A stretch of 64,000 nucleotides of DNA from an uncultured Candidatus Saccharibacteria bacterium (GTDB lineage: Bacteria; Patescibacteriota; Minisyncoccia; Minisyncoccales; GWA2-38-27), in contig CAZDXV010000001.1 of the NCBI GenBank assembly GCA_964509645.1, positions 15,890-79,889 of the forward strand. The letters run 5' to 3'. Below, piece after piece: positions 58,337 to 64,000 of the stretch. The notes beneath the pieces were generated by a model that had not been told where the DNA came from, ran no database searches, and saw only the letters and a list, made by a program, of their open reading frames with translations. The translations under genes were made by a program, and so were the position numbers. Each line of letters opens with the position of its first letter. Within the stretch, counting starts at the first letter, position 1.

Positions 58337-59401
58337 ATGGTTGATAAAAATATGAAAAAAATTAAAGTTATCCTTACTGCTTGTGGATGTCCTGGAGCAT
58401 CTACTTTTATTCAAAAATTAAAAAATAATAAAGAAAGAGAAATAGAGATTGTGGGCGTAGATGCAGATAGTCAGGCCACAGGCCGATTTTTAGTTGATGA
58501 ATTTTACAAAGTACCCTTAGCTGACTCCAAAGAATATATTCCTGCTATGCTTGACTTGGCAGAAAAAGAGAAAGCAGATGTTTTATTTCCAGAATCAAGT
58601 TATGAAATGTATCCATTGGCTATTAATAAAAGAAAGTTTGAAAAACTGGGAACTGAGGTTATAGTTTCTGATCCAGAGCCTATAGCTATCGCCAATAATA
58701 AGTATAAAATGTATGAAATACTCAGAAAAGAAACAGATATAAAATTGCCAAAGTACTACTATCCTAAAAACTTAGATGACTTTGTCAATCTTGTTTATGA
58801 GTTGGGATATCCTAAAAGGCCAGTTTGTTTTAAGCCTCACATAGGAAAAGGAAGTCGGGGTTTCCGTTTTATTGATGCTGTCGTAGACAGAGAGGAATTA
58901 TTGATGAAATATAAACCAAACAGCAGATATATGTCCCTAGAAGAATTTATTGAGATATTTAAAAACAAGAAGAATTTTCCAGATCTTCTTTTGATGGAAC
59001 GAGTGAGAGGAATGGAGTATACTACAGATCCTATTGCTTTGAACGGCAAAATGCTTATGTGCACCACTAAAACAGTAGAAGAGGCCAGATGGGGAATTAT
59101 TGTTAGGGGTGAGTTAGTAGATAGACCAAAATTAGTAGAGCAAACTAAGAAAATATTAGGTTCTATTAAGTTAAGTTACAATGTAAACCTTCAGTTTATA
59201 GAAGATAAACTTATAGAAATAAACCCTCGGGTTTCCACTTTTATTTATCAGGATGATTTGATTGCTCCTTACCTTTCTATTAAGTTAGCCTTAGGTGAGC
59301 TAATCCCAGCTCAAGTAGCAAAATACCAAGATAAAATTGATTACGGTAGGAAAATGGTGAGATATATGGATCAGGCTTTCTGGAAACCAAAGAAAAAATA
59401 A
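58337..59401 (+). CDS. ATP-grasp domain protein (CarB-like)
   Basis: NNKYKMY, KPHIGKGSRG, EYTTD, IEINPRVS. Confidence 0.85.
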   Translation: MVDKNMKKIKVILTACGCPGASTFIQKLKNNKEREIEIVGVDADSQATGRFLVDEFYKVPLADSKEYIPAMLDLAEKEKADVLFPESSYEMYPLAINKRKFEKLGTEVIVSDPEPIAIANNKYKMYEILRKETDIKLPKYYYPKNLDDFVNLVYELGYPKRPVCFKPHIGKGSRGFRFIDAVVDREELLMKYKPNSRYMSLEEFIEIFKNKKNFPDLLLMERVRGMEYTTDPIALNGKMLMCTTKTVEEARWGIIVRGELVDRPKLVEQTKKILGSIKLSYNVNLQFIEDKLIEINPRVSTFIYQDDLIAPYLSIKLALGELIPAQVAKYQDKIDYGRKMVRYMDQAFWKPKKK

Positions 59402-59408
59402 TGTTTCC

Positions 59409-60356
59409 ATGAAAAATAATGACCCTTTTGTTACAATTATTATACCCTGCAGAAATGAGGAGAAATATATTAAAAAATACCTGAATTCTATTATTGCTAA
59501 TGATTATCTAAAAGAAAAGTTAAAGGTTTTAGTGATAGAGGGGATAAGCGTAGATAAAACAAGAAAGATTTTAAAGAATTATCTAGATAAGTATTCTTTT
59601 ATTAAAACTCTAAATAATCCTAAAAAGATTACTCCTGTTGCTTTTAATCTTGGAGTAAAAAACTTTTATGGAGATTTAGTATGCTTATCGGAGCTTGTTC
59701 TGAAATCAGTAGAAAATTTACAAGTAGAAGCGTTAAAGCCATAAAAAAATATAATATGGATTGCATAAGTAGGTATTTCTAAAGTTCTGGTTCTAGAGAA
59801 TACATTAATTTCTAGAAGTATAGCAATAGTACTTCGCTCTTTTTTTGGCATGGGTAATGTTAAATATAGATTGAATCCTCAAAAGGTCGGATCAAGCGAT
59901 ACAGTCACAAAACCCTGATACAAAAAAGAAGTTTTCAAAAAAATAGGGCTTTTTAATGAGAATCTTGTGAGGTCTCAAGATATGGAATTTAACCTGAGAT
60001 TAAAAAAAGCAGGAGGTAAAATTCTTTTAGTGCCTGATATTGTGAGTTATTATTACCCCAAAAGTAATTTAAAAGATTTTTTTCTTCATAACATAAAAGA
60101 TGGAATATGGTCTATTTTTCCCTTAAAGTTTATTAAAACGCCATTTAAAATAAGGCATTATATCCCCCTTATTTTTGTTTTAACCTTGCCCTTGAGTATT
60201 TGGCCCTACATTATTCTTTCTATTTATTTCTCCTTGAAGATTGCTTTTAGAGATAAAGATTGGCGATATTTTTTTGTGATGCCACTTGTTTTTGGAATCC
60301 GCCATATTGGATATGGATTGGGTTCTCTTTTTGGTTTATTAAAGCTGATATTTTAA
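59409..60356 (+). pseudogene. Disrupted GT2 (ExoA-like) paralog of 51721-52683
   Basis: IIIPCRNEE start; frameshifts and stops in about 59680-59940; 3' part identical to intact paralog. Confidence 0.85.
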
Positions 60357-60375
60357 TGCAAAGGAGAAAAGAGAA
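59944..60375 (+). repeat. 432-bp direct repeat, copy 2
   Basis: Read as identical to 52271-52702 (offset 7673 bp). Confidence 0.92.
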
Positions 60376-61096
60376 CGAAATACAGCACTATGACAAAGCT
60401 ACTCATAGCTTTAAGGGAAGAGGGGATTTCGAAGGTTTTAGCCCTTCTTTTTTGGCCAGCCACAAGTTTTTGAGAAAGATTTTAAAAGGAAAATCAGGAA
60501 TTTTTTTAGATTACGGATGTGGAATAGGAATTCACTCTTGCTGGCTAAAAGAAATAGCGGATGAATTAGTCGGCATTGATCTTTCCAAAAAATCTCTTGA
60601 TATTGCAAGACAAAATGTAAAGGGAGTCAGTTTTTTGTTAATGGATTGTGAGAATATGGAGTTTGAGAATAATTCCTTTGATATTATCTTTGACGGAGGA
60701 ACTTTCTCTTCTTTGGATTTAAACAAAGCTCTTTCTGAAATGGCCCGAGTTTTAAAACCCGAGGGCTTCTTAATCGGCATTGAAACTCTTGGTCACAATC
60801 CCATACTTAACCTCAAAAGGAAGATTAACAAAGTAAGGGGCAAGAGGACAGATTGGGCGGTAGAACACATTTTCCGGATGGAAGACCTGGAAACAGTAGA
60901 AAAGTATTTTGGTAAAACAGAGCTTTATTTCTTTCATTTTCTTTCCTGGATAGCATTTCCTCTTTTAAATTGGCCGGGAGGGAAGATTTTTTTAAGAGTG
61001 ATGGAAAAGATTGATAAATTCTTTTTAAAAATCTGCCCTTATTTTAAAAAATATTCTTTTAAGCTAGTTTTTATTTTTTCAAAACCTAAAAAATAG
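60356..61096 (+). CDS. Class I SAM-dependent methyltransferase (paralog 2)
   Basis: FLDYGCGIG, DGGTFSSLD, ETLGHNP. Confidence 0.88.
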   Translation: MQRRKENEIQHYDKATHSFKGRGDFEGFSPSFLASHKFLRKILKGKSGIFLDYGCGIGIHSCWLKEIADELVGIDLSKKSLDIARQNVKGVSFLLMDCENMEFENNSFDIIFDGGTFSSLDLNKALSEMARVLKPEGFLIGIETLGHNPILNLKRKINKVRGKRTDWAVEHIFRMEDLETVEKYFGKTELYFFHFLSWIAFPLLNWPGGKIFLRVMEKIDKFFLKICPYFKKYSFKLVFIFSKPKK

Positions 61097-61379
61097 GAGA
61101 AAACCTGTCTAAAAAATCAGCAAGAAGAATAATGGCGGGTTTAAGATTTTTAAAAGTAAAAACTGACTTTTTCTGTTAAAATTAAGTTATTTTAAGAGAA
61201 AGATTCTTTGATTTGCCAGAAATGAATTCTTACTAGAAAAGAAAATCTCCTTGTTCGTATTAGGGTTTGCTTTTATAGCGAAACTTTAGGACGAATAATA
61301 CTTTTTTATGGCTTGAAAAAAAGGCGCAAAAGAGGTAAATTAAATGTATTATACTAAGATTTATTTGTTAATTTAAAAA

Positions 61380-61973
61380 ATGAGTAAGCGTTTATTTGAC
61401 ATATTTTTTTCTTTTTTTGGATTAATAATTCTTTCTCCTTTGTTTTTGATATCAATTATTCTGGTAAAAATCTTTTCTCCAGGACCTGCTTTTTACAAAT
61501 CTAAAAGAATAGGGAAAAAAGGCAAAGAATTCAATATGTTAAAGTTCAGAACAATGGTTGTAGGAGCTGATAAAATTGGTGGACCTTCTACTGCAGCGGA
61601 TGATGAAAGGCTAACTAAAATAGGGTGGTTTTTAAAGAAGTTCCAACTTGATGAATTGCCTCAATTATTTAATGTTTTAAAAGGCGATATGAGCCTTGTA
61701 GGTCCTAGGCCTGAAGTTCCCTTTTATGTTAATATGATGACAGAAGAAGATAAGAATATTATCCTTTCTATCAGGCCGGGAATAACAGACCTAGCTTCCT
61801 TATGGAATTTCCATGAAGGAGAGATATTGAAAGGAAGTCTTGATCCCGAAAAGACCTATCAGGAGAAAATAAGGCCTAAAAAGCTGGAGCTTCAGAAAAA
61901 ATATGTCAGAGAGAGCTCCTTGCTATTGGATATTAAAATAATTTGTAAAACTATTTTAAAGATATTTAAATGA
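61380..61973 (+). CDS. Bacterial sugar transferase (priming phosphoglycosyl transferase, PglC/WcaJ-like)
   Basis: KRLFDI, KFRTM, LDELPQL, GDMSLVGPRPE, RPGIT. Confidence 0.92.
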   Translation: MSKRLFDIFFSFFGLIILSPLFLISIILVKIFSPGPAFYKSKRIGKKGKEFNMLKFRTMVVGADKIGGPSTAADDERLTKIGWFLKKFQLDELPQLFNVLKGDMSLVGPRPEVPFYVNMMTEEDKNIILSIRPGITDLASLWNFHEGEILKGSLDPEKTYQEKIRPKKLELQKKYVRESSLLLDIKIICKTILKIFK

Positions 61974-62758
61974 AAGATTACCAAAAAATAGCAGAAGAAG
62001 CCAGAAAAGCTGTTTTAGATATGATTTACAAGGCACAATCTTCTCATATAGGATCTAATTTTTCTTGCATAGATATTCTTTCTGTCCTTTATAATATAGC
62101 CGATGTAGACAAGGATTTAAAAGAAGACAGAGATAGGATTGTAATCTCTAAAGGATGGGTGGCAGCTTCTGTATACTACTTTTTAGCAGAAAAAGGGATA
62201 ATTCCTAAAGAAGCTCTTAAAGAATATTATAAAGAAGGAAGCAAGTATATAGGGCTTTTAGAGCCCACGATTAGAGGAGTAGAAGCTGCAGGAGGATCTA
62301 TGGGTTTTGGCCTTCCTTTTGGAACAGGGTTTGCTTTAGCAAAAAAGATTAAAAAAGAAAAAGGAAAATCCTTTGTTTTAATGGGAGACGGAGAAATGAA
62401 CTGCGGTACTACTTGGGAGTCTGCTTTAATAGCTGCTCACCACAAGCTGAATAATTTAATAGCTATTGTGGATTTTAATGGATTACAGGGAATGGGAAAA
62501 TCTGAAGAGATACTTAATACAGAACCTTTGAAGGAAAAATGGGAAGCATTTGGATGGGATGCTAGAGAAATTAATGGCCATAACTTTAGCGAGATAGAAG
62601 AAGCCCTAACTTTAGAATCTGACAAACCCTTAGCTGTTATAGCTAGAACAGTAAAAGGAAAAGGAGTAAGCTTTATGGAAAATGACAATATATGGCATTA
62701 CAAAGCTCCTTCCAAAGAGGAGTATAAAAAAGCAATCGAAGAATTATGTCAGAAATAG
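61970..62758 (+). CDS. Transketolase N-terminal (TPP-binding) subunit
   Basis: HIGSNFS, GDGEMNCG..WES, TVKGKGVSFME. Confidence 0.9.
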   Translation: MKDYQKIAEEARKAVLDMIYKAQSSHIGSNFSCIDILSVLYNIADVDKDLKEDRDRIVISKGWVAASVYYFLAEKGIIPKEALKEYYKEGSKYIGLLEPTIRGVEAAGGSMGFGLPFGTGFALAKKIKKEKGKSFVLMGDGEMNCGTTWESALIAAHHKLNNLIAIVDFNGLQGMGKSEEILNTEPLKEKWEAFGWDAREINGHNFSEIEEALTLESDKPLAVIARTVKGKGVSFMENDNIWHYKAPSKEEYKKAIEELCQK

Positions 62759-63249
62759 TTCAAATAAAAGACACAAGAAGAGAGTTTATAGATACCTTAA
62801 TCGAGTTAGCTGAAAAAGACGAAAGGGTTGTTTTAATAGTGCCAGATGTGGGTTTTAACTATATTGAAGAATTCAGGAAGAAGTTTCCCAATAGATTTTT
62901 CAATTTAGGGGTGACAGAACAAACAACAATGACAATTGCAGCCGGTATGGCTTTATCCGGTCTAAAACCCTATGTGTATTCTATGATAAATTTTGTAGTT
63001 TTTAGGCCTTATGAGATGCTAAGAAATGCTGTCTGCCTTCATAACGCCAACGTTAAGGTTATAGGGGTAAAAGGAAGCGAGAAGTATAAGTTTCTTGGCT
63101 TTTCTCATAATTTAATTTCAGATGACGAAGATATCAAAGCTTTAGAAGAGCTTTCTATTGACTGCTTTGTTGTTTCAGACCCTGAAAAGGTAAGAGACAC
63201 TATTTTAAAAACATATAATAAGAAGGGTCCTGCTTATATTAGATTATGA
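62746..63249 (+). CDS. Transketolase pyrimidine-binding subunit (no C-terminal domain)
   Basis: RFFNLGVTEQ, AAGMALSG, ends GPAYIRL. Confidence 0.85.
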   Translation: MSEIVQIKDTRREFIDTLIELAEKDERVVLIVPDVGFNYIEEFRKKFPNRFFNLGVTEQTTMTIAAGMALSGLKPYVYSMINFVVFRPYEMLRNAVCLHNANVKVIGVKGSEKYKFLGFSHNLISDDEDIKALEELSIDCFVVSDPEKVRDTILKTYNKKGPAYIRL

Positions 63250-64000
63250 AAGTTCCATTTGTAAACTACGGATTACAGTACAAAAACTTAAAAGAAGAGA
63301 TAGATAAAGCTATCTTCAAGGTTTTAGAAGGGGGAGATTTAATATTAAGAGAGGATGTGGAAGAATTTGAAAAGAAATTAGCTGATTTTGTAGGAACAAA
63401 GTTTGCTGTTTCCTTAAACAGCGGAACGGACGCTTTATTCTTTTCCTTAAAAGCTTTAGGGATAGGAAAAGGAGACGAAGTAATAACTGTCTCTCACACT
63501 TTTGTAGCTTCAATTTCTACAATAGTTCAGGCGGGAGCTACTCCTGTTTTAGTTGATGTAAAGGAAGACTATTTAATGGATGAAAATAAGCTGGAAGAAG
63601 CTATAACAGAGAAGACAAAAGCTATTATGCCTGTTCATTACAATGGAAGAATGTGTAATATGGAAAAGATCAAAGAAATTGCAGATAAACACAGCCTTTA
63701 TATCATAGAAGACGCAGCTCAGGGCTTAGGATCTTCTTTTAAGAATAAAAAGGCAGGCTCTACGGGCATTACAGGATGCTTTAGCTTTTATCCTGCTAAA
63801 ATACTGGGTTGTTTTGGAGACGGTGGAGCTTTAACTACAAATTCTGAGGAGATAGCAGAAGAAGTAAAACTTTTAAGAGATCATGGTCAGAAAACTAAGA
63901 CTAACATAGTTGAATTCGGTTGGAATTCCAGATTAGATAATATTCAGGCAGCTGTTTTGAATATTAAAATAGATCAGCTACCTTCCTGGATTGAGAGAAG
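63246..64000 (+). CDS. DegT/DnrJ aminotransferase (3' truncated by window; absent from the ORF track)
   Basis: MKVPFVNY...NSGTDAL...EDAAQGLG...SFYPAKILG...NSRLD. Confidence 0.9.
   Translation, partial: MKVPFVNYGLQYKNLKEEIDKAIFKVLEGGDLILREDVEEFEKKLADFVGTKFAVSLNSGTDALFFSLKALGIGKGDEVITVSHTFVASISTIVQAGATPVLVDVKEDYLMDENKLEEAITEKTKAIMPVHYNGRMCNMEKIKEIADKHSLYIIEDAAQGLGSSFKNKKAGSTGITGCFSFYPAKILGCFGDGGALTTNSEEIAEEVKLLRDHGQKTKTNIVEFGWNSRLDNIQAAVLNIKIDQLPSWIER

Noticed and set aside
61097-61379. Possible gene or RNA in the gap before the sugar transferase
   Set aside because: No convincing ORF, strong hairpin or recognisable motif on either strand.
533-63513. Many 60-165 aa antisense or alternate-frame ORFs in the track
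   Set aside because: They lie within well-supported genes and show no motifs or start signals.
1-64000. Complete DGR cassette (RT, TR, Avd) in this window
   Set aside because: No RT-like ORF and no second copy of the 14715-14843 region seen; the Avd-like bundle at 23775 is fused to an HTH and lies about 9 kb away in an ECF locus.

Overview
AT-rich bacterial chromosomal segment (standard code 11), almost all on the + strand. Gene content, scarce Shine-Dalgarno sites and protein styles suggest Patescibacteria/CPR (Parcubacteria-like); this is inference. 1-13.9 kb: end of anaerobic ribonucleotide reductase nrdD, nrdG, comEC, a carbohydrate-active cluster, HtrA, three stand-alone genes with their own leaders and terminators, clpB and an inactive trypsin-like protein. 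13.9-16.8 kb: accessory patch with a broken gene whose 3' end looks like a diversity-generating retroelement (DGR) variable region (no reverse transcriptase or template repeat seen here), plus an IS30 element. 16.9-32.3 kb: surface proteins, a Phd-RelE toxin-antitoxin pair, a four-helix-bundle/DeoR gene followed by an AGGACAG repeat array, an ECF sigma/anti-sigma pair, and an S-layer-like gene with a ~300-nt highly structured leader followed by a Wzy_C-TPR transferase. 32.4-64 kb: a glycan locus of more than 31 kb (wbpABDEG-like pathway, flippase, glycosyltransferases, methyltransferases, priming transferase, split transketolase). An identical 432-bp direct repeat in it brackets an ABC importer/deacetylase/ATP-grasp module. 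No rRNA, tRNA or CRISPR array was seen. All calls come from manual reading; no searches were run.
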